Assembly (NCBI GenBank): GCA_964552125.1
Contig: CAZKFJ010000003.1
Location: 1 to 62,482 of the forward strand
From: an uncultured Nitrosopumilales archaeon
GTDB lineage: Archaea > Thermoproteota > Nitrososphaeria > Nitrososphaerales > UBA57
Length of the DNA stretch: 62,482 nt
Direction: 5' to 3'
Under the pieces are notes generated by a model, which was not told the origin of the DNA, did not search any database, and saw nothing but the letters and a program-made list of their open reading frames with translations. Below, in pieces: positions 41,091-49,823 of the stretch; positions within the stretch are counted from its first letter, which is position 1; each line of letters starts with the position of its first letter. A program made the position numbers and the translations under genes.

Positions 41091-42302
41091 TTATGGCAAA
41101 TAAGGCAAAAGAAACATAGATAAAATTAAAAAGAGAATAGAGAAAGACACAAGTCTACTTACATAATCGATTCTATGTGGAGAAATTTTATTTTTCGTAA
41201 TAGATTTCAATCCACGTTTAAAGGCTTGACCTCCATCCAACGGACCTAGGGGCAGAGCATTGAATATGCCGAGATTAAAATTAATGAACCAGACCCAAAA
41301 AAGAAGATTTGTCAAAACAGTGTACTGATTTCCTAAACTAGATGTGTAGAAGTTTTGCATAGAAGAAGAAAAGGGAACAGAGTAACTATCGCTAGATGGG
41401 AAGGAGAAATATACCAAGATATTAGGAGAAAGAGAAAGTCCGTTTTGATACCTAGATAATGATTCATCAATATCGACAGAAGGCCTCATTATTCCAATAA
41501 AAGCTTCTTCAGGGTTATCGGGACGGCCAGACAGGACAATTTCATAATCAGATGTAACGGATTGTCGTTGAATTGTCAGGACAATACTATCTCCAGGACT
41601 AAGTGAATCAAAATTCTGTGAAAAAGAATCAGAGTCAGTTACTGGAATATTGTTAAGATGTGTTACAATATCTCCTGGAAGTAATCCAGCTATGTTAGCA
41701 GGTGAATCTACGACGATTTGACTGACAGGTATTCCATCGGCAACAGGTTCCATGGTATTGACAACGCCAACTAAAAGAAGTAATGAAATAAGTCCTACAA
41801 CAATATTGCTTCCAGCGCCTGCAGCAATAATACGACCGGATTTCGTGAAAGATGTAGAATCTAATTTGGTGTCGTCAACTTCGACGAAAGCTCCAATTGG
41901 TAAGAAAAGGAACAACATAACACCAGAAGAACGAACTGGAACATCGACAGCTCGGGCAATTACCCCGTGTGAAAGCTCATGAATAACGATTCCAATGAAA
42001 ATAGCGATCCAACCATAAATTATTGGAAGGTATGGGTTGATTCCAGGGATTAAAAGAGCGCCCTGAGGACCTGTTTCACGAGCGATTTCTCGGACTTCGG
42101 GAAAAGAAAGGTACAAAGATGCAGTTAACAGCAATATCGAGATAGCTAAAAGAGAGAATATAGGCATAAGAAAAAGAGATATCCAGCTCAGAACAGATAT
42201 AAAACGGAATTTAGATAATTTTTCTAGTAGACTTTGTCCTCTTGAAGTTTTTATTATAACCAAGGGAAAGCGTAAATCAAAATTAGAATCTTTATCCTCC
42301 AT
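41091..42302 (-). CDS. Site-2 (M50) membrane metalloprotease with PDZ domain
   Basis: 403 aa with the HELSHG zinc motif inside a TM helix, a PDZ-like LLPGDIVTHLNNIPV and a distal NALPLGPLDGG motif. Confidence 0.85.
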   Translation of the reverse strand: MEDKDSNFDLRFPLVIIKTSRGQSLLEKLSKFRFISVLSWISLFLMPIFSLLAISILLLTASLYLSFPEVREIARETGPQGALLIPGINPYLPIIYGWIAIFIGIVIHELSHGVIARAVDVPVRSSGVMLFLFLPIGAFVEVDDTKLDSTSFTKSGRIIAAGAGSNIVVGLISLLLLVGVVNTMEPVADGIPVSQIVVDSPANIAGLLPGDIVTHLNNIPVTDSDSFSQNFDSLSPGDSIVLTIQRQSVTSDYEIVLSGRPDNPEEAFIGIMRPSVDIDESLSRYQNGLSLSPNILVYFSFPSSDSYSVPFSSSMQNFYTSSLGNQYTVLTNLLFWVWFINFNLGIFNALPLGPLDGGQAFKRGLKSITKNKISPHRIDYVSRLVSFSILFLILSMFLLPYLP

Positions 42303-42404
42303 AGAATAGTGAATAATTTGAAAGGTATAAAGATTAATTGAAAAATAAATATTTTACCAGCAGAAGAATAATCAATAAATATTTGAAGGAATTATAATTA
42401 CTTA

Positions 42405-42704
42405 TTGAAAATACCTGTAAGACGTTGGGATGGAGAATCAAGAAAATGGCTTGATGAATTGGACGGAGTAATAAAAGCTCCAGCGAAGATGAATAAAACC
42501 ACCGGAATGCAAGAATTTGACCCTAAAACAGCAACAATTTGCGTCATGTGTGATAAAATAATAACAAAACAACAGCTTGATGGAGGAAGAAGAACATACT
42601 GGAATGAAGGAATAAGTAATGGAAGATTGATTAAAGCAGGATGGATACATCAAGAATGTTTAGGGTTTAATTCAGGCGTATATGAGAAGGCGTATATGCC
42701 TTAA
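42405..42704 (+). CDS. Hypothetical protein with CxxC...HxxC putative metal site
   Basis: 99 aa with a TTG start, CVMCDK ... HQEC. No recognisable family. Confidence 0.45.
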   Translation: MKIPVRRWDGESRKWLDELDGVIKAPAKMNKTTGMQEFDPKTATICVMCDKIITKQQLDGGRRTYWNEGISNGRLIKAGWIHQECLGFNSGVYEKAYMP

Positions 42705-43019
42705 TTAATTACTTTCATTAATTTTATCATTAATTTGTTGTGACATAGAATGTCCTGAAACAATTACTTTAACATCTCCAATTTTATCCATTTTCTCTAC
42801 ACTTTTCTTAATATCCATAGATATCTGTAAAGCAAAAACAGGAGGGCAGTACGGAGTTGTCGCATGGTATTTGACTTCAACAGAATTATCTTCGGAAATA
42901 TTAACCTCGTCAATCAATCCATTTCCTTCGCCCATTTCAAGAATGGGGACATTTATTTCTGGATCAACAACTTCAGACATAGCTTCTAAAACATCGTCTT
43001 CAGAGAAAGATGTGGACAT
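42705..43019 (-). CDS. DUF59 (SufT/MIP18-like) Fe-S assembly protein
   Basis: 104 aa. VLEAMSEVVDPEINVPILEMG and the conserved TTPYCP motif. Confidence 0.8.
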   Translation of the reverse strand: MSTSFSEDDVLEAMSEVVDPEINVPILEMGEGNGLIDEVNISEDNSVEVKYHATTPYCPPVFALQISMDIKKSVEKMDKIGDVKVIVSGHSMSQQINDKINESN

Positions 43020-43034
43020 ATGAGACGGGCCTGA

Positions 43035-43541
<507 letters not shown>

Positions 43542-43584
43542 TTATTTTATATTAGTAGATATTTTTTCGGATTAATAATGTAAA

Positions 43585-44739
43585 TCAGCAAGGAGGGATT
43601 TTTTCCAGTGCTTTAGAGATATCGGATTCGGGAACTGTAAGAGAGAACCTTACATAATTATCTCCGGCATTTCCAAAACCTGAACCAGGTGTAACAACTA
43701 TTCCTTGATCTAATAATTTCATTGCAAAACTTTCGCAAGTTTCATCGACCTTCATCCATAAATAGAATGTGCCAGAAGGCATTTTTACATCATAGCCAAG
43801 TTTTGACAGACCGTTACAAAGTAAAGACATTCGATTTTCATATGTTTTGATGTTATCAAGAATTTCTTGAGGAGGGAGTCCATTAGAATAACTCTCAAGT
43901 GCAACCTTAGCTGCGTGTTGAATGAATTTAGGTGAACCAGAATCAATTTGATTCTTGATTTTTTTAAGGCCGTCGATAAGAGTCTTATTTCCTACAGCAA
44001 ATCCAATTCGGTATCCAGTCATATTGAACGTCTTTGACAAAGAATGAAACTCAATGCTGTTTTGTCTTGCATTTTCACATTGTAATATAGAAGGGGCAGA
44101 ATATCCTCCATAGGTTATTTCTGAATATGCGTTGTCATAAACAATAATAGATTTTTTATCATTGCAAATATTCACGATATTATCAAGTTCGGATTGTTGA
44201 ATAATTGCTCCAGTGGGATTATTAGGATAATTCAAGTATATGCCAGAAAAATTAGTCTCTTGTAATTGATCACTTTGAGGGATATAATTTGATTCGGCAG
44301 ATAAATTAAGAATTGCAGGATTGAAATCATTCAAAATAGTTCCGCCATGTTCATAAAGAGGGTATCCAGGATTTGGTACGGCAATGGTTTCACCCGAATT
44401 TAAAAATGCGCGAAATACGTGAGCAAGGCCTTCTTTAGAACCAATCAATGCGCAGATTTCTTCATCAGGATTAAGAGATACGTTAAAACGTTTTTCAAAC
44501 CAAACAGAAATACTATCACGAAAGGGTTTTTCACCTGCGCTCGAGGAATAATTATGATTTCCTGGAATTGAAAGACCTTCAATTAAGGCATTATTAATGA
44601 AATTAGGTGTTTTTAGGTCAGGGTCTCCTATACCAAAACTGATAAGATCAACGCCTTCTTGGCGTTTTTGAGAAATTAAAGCCTCAAGCTTAGCAAAAGG
44701 ATATGGAGGAAGTGAATCAAGGATATTGGAGTGTTTCAT
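43585..44739 (-). CDS. dapL: Class I/II aminotransferase, probable LL-diaminopimelate aminotransferase
   Basis: 384 aa with FGIGDPD, a PLP-lysine context SLSKTFNMTGYR. Last gene of the dapA-dapB-lysA run. Specificity is inferred from context. Confidence 0.6.
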   Translation of the reverse strand: MKHSNILDSLPPYPFAKLEALISQKRQEGVDLISFGIGDPDLKTPNFINNALIEGLSIPGNHNYSSSAGEKPFRDSISVWFEKRFNVSLNPDEEICALIGSKEGLAHVFRAFLNSGETIAVPNPGYPLYEHGGTILNDFNPAILNLSAESNYIPQSDQLQETNFSGIYLNYPNNPTGAIIQQSELDNIVNICNDKKSIIVYDNAYSEITYGGYSAPSILQCENARQNSIEFHSLSKTFNMTGYRIGFAVGNKTLIDGLKKIKNQIDSGSPKFIQHAAKVALESYSNGLPPQEILDNIKTYENRMSLLCNGLSKLGYDVKMPSGTFYLWMKVDETCESFAMKLLDQGIVVTPGSGFGNAGDNYVRFSLTVPESDISKALEKIPPC

Positions 44740-46019
44740 TTAAACCACGTAACAACTTTTTGACCCTTAATTAAATCATTTATAGTTTCTCTTTGTCGAA
44801 TTATTTTACAATTCTTTTTGTTAATCATTACTTCAGCAGCTCTAGGCCGAGTATTGTAATGAGAACTCATTGAGAAGCCATAAGCTCCAACATTCAATAT
44901 AGCTAACAGATCACCTTCTTTTACACTACCAAGTTTTCTATTTTTAGCAAGAATATCCGTATTTTCACATATTTGTCCGCAAATATTTACTGGCTTCTTT
45001 TGACGAGAATTTAGTCTACTAGCATTCAGGACATGGTGATATGCATCGTACAAAGCAGGTCTTAGCAACGTATTCATACCTGCGTCAACGCCAATATAAT
45101 TTACAGGGCCGGATTTTATTGAATGAACGCTCGTTAATAATATAGTAGAATCAGCTACTAGATATCTTCCAGGTTCAACAAACAACCAAGGATGATTGAG
45201 GATTTTAGAGGATTTTTTGCCGTTAAAAATTTTACCAATGTCGGAACCAACTTTGTTAATATCGAGTGGTTTTTCTGGAGGTTTGTAAGGAATTCCAAAA
45301 CCGCCGCCAATATTCACGAAATCAAGAGGAATTTTGCATTCTTCAACTATTTCAACAGCAATATCAATCAATTTGTTTGTAGCTTTTTTGAAGTAAGAAG
45401 CGTCAAGAATTGATGAGCCAGTCATCATATGTATGCCGAATTTCTTTACGCCTGCTTTTTTAGCCATAGTATAAGATCGAATAGCGTCTTTTTTACTCAT
45501 ACCAAATTTAGTATTTTTTCCTCCAAATACGAGTCTACTATCCGAACCGCTTCCAATACCAGGATTAATACGAAGAGAAATAAAATCAGGAGTGCCTATT
45601 TTAAGCAGTCTCGGTAAAATAGAAGAACTATCGATATTAATTATAATTTTTTGTTTTAATGCAAAAGAAAGTTGATCGTCAGAATTGTAATTTCCAGTAT
45701 ATAGAATATCTTTACTGGAAAAACCCATTTTTTTAGCCAGAGAGATTTCTTCTGGGCAGGAACAATCTGCGCCACTGCCTAAAGAATTGAATAATTTAAG
45801 AACAGAAAGATTATTGTTGGCCTTTACTGCATAATTAATTTTAAATTTATCATAGTGAGAAGAGAAAGCTGAATGCAGGTTGTTGTAATTAGAAATCATT
45901 CTTTCCGAGTCAGTAACAAACAAGGGAGTGCCGAATTCCTTAGCAAGTTTAGAAGTGCTAACGTTTGCAAAGAACAGTTTGCCGTTTAAATTTTTTAAGG
46001 GAGTTTCGATTTTCCACAT
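44736..46019 (-). CDS. lysA: Diaminopimelate decarboxylase
   Basis: 427 aa with the PLP Lys in YAVKAN, plus GGGFGIPY and EPGRY motifs. Confidence 0.92.
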   Translation of the reverse strand: MWKIETPLKNLNGKLFFANVSTSKLAKEFGTPLFVTDSERMISNYNNLHSAFSSHYDKFKINYAVKANNNLSVLKLFNSLGSGADCSCPEEISLAKKMGFSSKDILYTGNYNSDDQLSFALKQKIIINIDSSSILPRLLKIGTPDFISLRINPGIGSGSDSRLVFGGKNTKFGMSKKDAIRSYTMAKKAGVKKFGIHMMTGSSILDASYFKKATNKLIDIAVEIVEECKIPLDFVNIGGGFGIPYKPPEKPLDINKVGSDIGKIFNGKKSSKILNHPWLFVEPGRYLVADSTILLTSVHSIKSGPVNYIGVDAGMNTLLRPALYDAYHHVLNASRLNSRQKKPVNICGQICENTDILAKNRKLGSVKEGDLLAILNVGAYGFSMSSHYNTRPRAAEVMINKKNCKIIRQRETINDLIKGQKVVTWFK

Positions 46020-46029
46020 ATTTGTATCA

Positions 46030-46836
46030 CTAACGCGATATTACATCTTGCATACTATAAATTTGGGGGTCAGAAATATTATTAATCCAAGATGCGGCAG
46101 ATAATGCGCCTCTTGCAAATGCCAAACGAGAGAATGCAATATGTTCGAATCTGAGAATTTCATATTGGCCTGCAATACTAACTTCGTGGATTCCGGGGGT
46201 CCCGCCTAATCGTTCAGAGGTGACTTCCAATTCAGATTTTTTGCGTTTTCCATGTTTACTGCGATCAAAAACAAGATCTTCGTATCCTTTAGATTCAGAA
46301 ATGATTTTAGCGATTGATAGTGCAGTGCCGCTTGGAGAATCAATTTTTTGAGAATGATGTTTTTCATTTATACTAATTTCGAATTCGTCAGAGAGTTTCC
46401 CCACTAATTCAGAAATATAGAAGAGAAAATTCATGCCAATAGAGAAATTTGAGGTTATGATAGAAGGAATTTTTTGATCGAGGATTGAAACTAATTGAGA
46501 ATATTGTTTGTCAGAAAAACCCGTTGTGCCAATTATAACTTTTTTATTATTTTGAACGTAAACAGGTGCATTGGCAAGTTCAGAATCAGGAATTGTAGCA
46601 GATATAGCAACGTCTGCGTTTGAAATAGCAGAAGATAGATTGGAAGAGCTAGTAATTTTAATATCGGAATCAATTATACCAAGATCTTTTAATGATTTAT
46701 CAAGGAAATTACTACTTGAATGTTCTACAGCTCCAACTATCTCAAAATTATCGACACTTTCCTGGATGATGGATTTACCTAGTCTTCCACAAGCGCCGAC
46801 GATGCAGAGTTTAGTACGAGTCATAATATAACCCAT
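46030..46836 (-). CDS. dapB: 4-hydroxy-tetrahydrodipicolinate reductase
   Basis: 268 aa (Met5 at 46824 is also possible) with the NAD loop VGACGRLG and signature EKHHSQKIDSPSGTA. Confidence 0.9.
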   Translation of the reverse strand: MGYIMTRTKLCIVGACGRLGKSIIQESVDNFEIVGAVEHSSSNFLDKSLKDLGIIDSDIKITSSSNLSSAISNADVAISATIPDSELANAPVYVQNNKKVIIGTTGFSDKQYSQLVSILDQKIPSIITSNFSIGMNFLFYISELVGKLSDEFEISINEKHHSQKIDSPSGTALSIAKIISESKGYEDLVFDRSKHGKRKKSELEVTSERLGGTPGIHEVSIAGQYEILRFEHIAFSRLAFARGALSAASWINNISDPQIYSMQDVISR

Positions 46837-47842
46837 TTATGTATTTATCAGAGTATAATCTTTCCTGAAAATCGATGTCAAAAAATCCTTCGACAGGCTT
46901 GAATAGATCACTATTTTCATAAACCAACTTAGATTGTTCAAGTATAAAATCCAAAGCTTTACGAGTAACTAATCCAAGAGGTTGTCGGGAGGGGCCAGAA
47001 GGCAGACCAAGGATTCGCATAAGTGTTTTTGTAGGTACAGGATTACGTGATTTTACAATTACATTGCCAAAATCAGTAGATTCAGTTGTTTGAACTCCAA
47101 CTAATTTGAACAGAGGAGAAGTATTTTTCTCTAGATCGACATAATCAGGATTATTTTCGATAGTTTTTAGAACCAATTCAGTAATTGCGGCAGGAACTAA
47201 ATTTGATGCCACCGATATTACGCCAGTAGATTTTATAGCAGGGTTTTGGATTAATTTCACAGTTTTATCATCGTCTCCAGACAGAATACAAAAATCTTTG
47301 CCGCATAATTTTCTAGTAAGTTTGGCATTATCAAAATCTCCAGTTGCTTCTTTAACAGTATTGATATTTGGATAGTTTTTATAAGAAAGAGAAAGGTCTT
47401 GTGGCAATAATTGAGTTCCAGTACGTCCAGGGATAATATATGGAATAACTGTTACAGAAGGGAATTTGTTTGCAATAACTTCCAGATATTCTTTACGAAT
47501 TTCTAGAGAACTAGGTCCATTATAATAAGGATCAATAAGTAAAATATTTTTTATGCCTAGATCATAGGCAAATTGAGTAACTTTTAGACATTCATCGGTA
47601 TTATTGCTTCCAGTTCCAGCGATTATAGTAGTGCGTTCTCCTGCAACGTCATAGACAGTTTTAATTATATTCTCGTGTTCAGACCAAGATAACGTTGGAC
47701 TTTCTCCAGTAGTTCCTGCAACAAGAATGCCAGAAACACCCTGTGATATTTGGAATTCAACAAGTTTAGTAAGGCCTTCATAATCAACTTTATAATCATC
47801 GGTAAATGGAGTTATGAGAGCAGTATAACATCCTTTGAACAA
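46811..47842 (-). CDS. dapA: 4-hydroxy-tetrahydrodipicolinate synthase, with ~50-aa C-terminal extension
   Basis: 343 aa with GTTGES, YNGPS and the active-site Lys in VKEATGD. Confidence 0.9.
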   Translation of the reverse strand: MFKGCYTALITPFTDDYKVDYEGLTKLVEFQISQGVSGILVAGTTGESPTLSWSEHENIIKTVYDVAGERTTIIAGTGSNNTDECLKVTQFAYDLGIKNILLIDPYYNGPSSLEIRKEYLEVIANKFPSVTVIPYIIPGRTGTQLLPQDLSLSYKNYPNINTVKEATGDFDNAKLTRKLCGKDFCILSGDDDKTVKLIQNPAIKSTGVISVASNLVPAAITELVLKTIENNPDYVDLEKNTSPLFKLVGVQTTESTDFGNVIVKSRNPVPTKTLMRILGLPSGPSRQPLGLVTRKALDFILEQSKLVYENSDLFKPVEGFFDIDFQERLYSDKYINGLYYDSY

Positions 47843-47950
47843 TTTTTTATCATTGATATTAAGTAATACTGCGAGTTAAGTACTGCGGAAACATGCGTAA
47901 GATAAATATAACAAATAAACCTAAAAACAAGACTAACAATAAAATTAAAG

Positions 47951-48052
47951 GGGCCCGTAACTCAGCTTGGTAGAAGGAATTCGCCAAAAGTGACCGACTC
48001 ATATAATTACGGAGATATCGGTTTGTCGTGGGATCGAAGCCCACCGGGCCCA
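47951..48052 (+). tRNA. tRNA-Met/Ile2 (anticodon CAT) with two introns (D-arm and 37/38)
   Basis: Hand fold: acceptor GGGCCCG/CGGGCCC. The D-stem ACTC/GAGT forms only after removing ~47975-47989 (15 nt). The anticodon stem ACCGA/TCGGT with loop CTCATAA forms after removing ~48004-48016 (13 nt). T-arm GTGGG-ATCGAAG-CCCAC. Mature length is 74 nt. G1:C72 means it is not an initiator. Confidence 0.8.
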
Positions 48053-48182
48053 CATATAAAATTGATATTTATTTAGAGATTGTCAAGTGATTTAAGGAAA
48101 ATAAAGTTCTCAAAAGAGAATGATGAGAAAATAAAAGAAATTGATATAAAGAATTGTATCGTTCGTATTTTGAGTGTCGTTA

Positions 48183-48270
48183 GCCGTCGTAGCTCAGCGT
48201 GGTAGAGCAGTTGACTGTTAATCAACTGGTCGCAGGTTCAAGATTATATATGAAAATCCTGTCGACGGCG
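48183..48270 (+). tRNA. tRNA-Asn (anticodon GTT) with a 14-nt intron in the T-loop
   Basis: Acceptor GCCGTCG/CGACGGC, D-arm GCTC-AGCGTGGTA-GAGC, anticodon arm GTTGA-CTGTTAA-TCAAC. The T-stem GCAGG/CCTGT closes a 7-nt TTCAAAT loop only if ~48242-48255 (GATTATATATGAAA) is removed. Confidence 0.85.
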
Positions 48271-48284
48271 CTCAATTATTTTGT

Positions 48285-49370
48285 TTATAAGATGTATTTT
48301 TGTGAGAAATTCTTATACGATTGTCTTAAATCATTTTTAGTAATTGTTGATTTAAATCCGAAATTAGATAGTTCATCAACAGTTCCAGATTCTTTTAAAT
48401 CACGAGAATATTGTATTCCTCTAACAAGGTCTAATAATAAACCGCCAGCATTTGGTCCATCAGTACTCCTCAAGTATATATCAAATCGAACCTTTGAACC
48501 AAGGAATGAATCTCCTTCAATCCAGAAGTAATTGGTACGAGAATTGCCCATAAAATCAACGTAATCAGTAGTTCCAGAAACAGTCTGGACATCATATGGC
48601 AATTCAGATTCAATAGTATTTGATTTAACGTTTCGTTTCAAAGCACGTAAATCTTCGTCAACAGTATTATTAGTTTCAATTCCTCCGCCAACATCGAGCT
48701 GGTAACTCTTATTGATTCTTATTCCTCGTTCATGCATAAGATTCATAATTCCCTTGTGAAAAGCAGTACCGCCGAATTGGCTCATAAGATCATCTCCTAT
48801 AACTATCAGTTTTTTATCATTAAAGATTTTTACAAATTGTGGATTAGTTGCAATGCTTGTTGGTGAGGCATTGATAAAATTAGAACCAACACTGCAAGCT
48901 ATTTCAGCGTACTTTTCAGAGCTTTTATGCAAACCAGATGAGATAAGATTAATCACAACGTCGGGATTCTTATTTTTTAGAGAATTTCGAAAATCATCTT
49001 CCAGAAAAGGATCAAAGCCCTTGTCTTTAGACCATTCAATAGAAGATTGAAGGTTTTCATTCATGCTAGCGTCAGAAAGAAGTCCAGGTTCGACAGTAAT
49101 TCCAGAGCTATCCAAATCAACGAATTTTTCTAATTTATTTGAAGGTGAAAATATACTTTCGTGAAGATCAATGCCTCCTAGTTTGTTTTTTTCTATTTCA
49201 TAAGCTCCGACCAATTCAATATCAGATATTTTATAATTACCTACTAAGGGATGCCAAAGTCCATTTTCAGCAGTTTGCTGATTGGTTTTTTCTAGGTTTT
49301 TATAATAAGCAATACCTTGAACAAATGCACTGGCTGAATTCCCTACGCCAAGAATTACAGTACGAATCAT
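48285..49370 (-). CDS. myo-inositol-1-phosphate synthase family protein
   Basis: 361 aa with a Rossmann N-terminus VILGVGNSASAFVQG, archaeal MIPS-like size and motifs (GDDLMSQ.GGT, SYQLDVGG). Confidence 0.7.
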   Translation of the reverse strand: MIRTVILGVGNSASAFVQGIAYYKNLEKTNQQTAENGLWHPLVGNYKISDIELVGAYEIEKNKLGGIDLHESIFSPSNKLEKFVDLDSSGITVEPGLLSDASMNENLQSSIEWSKDKGFDPFLEDDFRNSLKNKNPDVVINLISSGLHKSSEKYAEIACSVGSNFINASPTSIATNPQFVKIFNDKKLIVIGDDLMSQFGGTAFHKGIMNLMHERGIRINKSYQLDVGGGIETNNTVDEDLRALKRNVKSNTIESELPYDVQTVSGTTDYVDFMGNSRTNYFWIEGDSFLGSKVRFDIYLRSTDGPNAGGLLLDLVRGIQYSRDLKESGTVDELSNFGFKSTITKNDLRQSYKNFSQKYIL

Positions 49371-49577
49371 TTAATCACGAATAACCGAAATGAGTCCAAA
49401 AATTCCTGACAATATAAGTATCAAAGATATAAAATAATAGATTGGAACAATCTGAGGGGCAAGGGATTGAGTTGACGAAGTATAACTAACAGATAATATA
49501 CCTAAGATAATTAGTATTACGCCAATTGCACGAAACATAAGATCCGAATCTAATTTTCTATTAGCAACGATTGACAT
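49371..49577 (-). CDS. Small two-TM membrane protein
   Basis: 68-aa ORF with two hydrophobic helices. Its stop abuts the ATG of the downstream gene (zero spacer). Confidence 0.45.
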   Translation of the reverse strand: MSIVANRKLDSDLMFRAIGVILIILGILSVSYTSSTQSLAPQIVPIYYFISLILILSGIFGLISVIRD

Positions 49578-49621
49578 AGTGTATATTCACAAAAGCAAGG
49601 TATTTAGTCTTTCTACAAAAA

Positions 49622-49740
49622 TGGTGCCGGGGGTGGGATTTGAACCCACGAACACCTAAGTGACGGGATGTCATATACTTGGCTCTCGAAAGAGAGCGAT
49701 CTTAAGTCCAGCGCCTTTGACCTGGCTCGGCAACCCCGGC
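49622..49740 (-). tRNA. tRNA-Leu (anticodon TAA) with a ~31-nt intron and genomically encoded CCA
   Basis: Reverse-complement fold: acceptor GCCGGGG/CCCCGGC, class II D-arm, anticodon loop CTTAAGA, long variable arm TCACTTAGGTGTTC, T-arm GTGGG-TTCAAAT-CCCAC, then A-CCA. The intron (~49670-49700) contains a perfect 6-bp hairpin GCTCTC-TTTC-GAGAGC. Its boundary is ambiguous within an ATC repeat. Confidence 0.8.
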
Positions 49741-49823
49741 TTTATTTATTATTGATTTGGGTAGTTTATAATAAATTAAAAAGATTCACAATATAATAAA
49801 ATAAGAGGTGGGAATAAGAGATT

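Noticed and set aside
47951-48052. tRNA(CAT) as the initiator tRNA.
   Set aside because: It has G1:C72 rather than A1:U72, and its anticodon stem (ACCGA/TCGGT) lacks the three consecutive G:C pairs of initiators.
48053-48182. Possible C/D box sRNA between the two tRNAs (ATGATGA at 48120-48126).
   Set aside because: No CTGA D box at the expected 40-60 nt distance, and no terminal stem. This is a C-box look-alike in AT-rich DNA.
47859-48531. Tracked ORFs 47859-48053 (-) and 48199-48531 (+).
   Set aside because: The first is the antisense of the tRNA(CAT) gene. The second starts inside tRNA-Asn and then runs antisense to the well-supported inositol-1-phosphate synthase gene.
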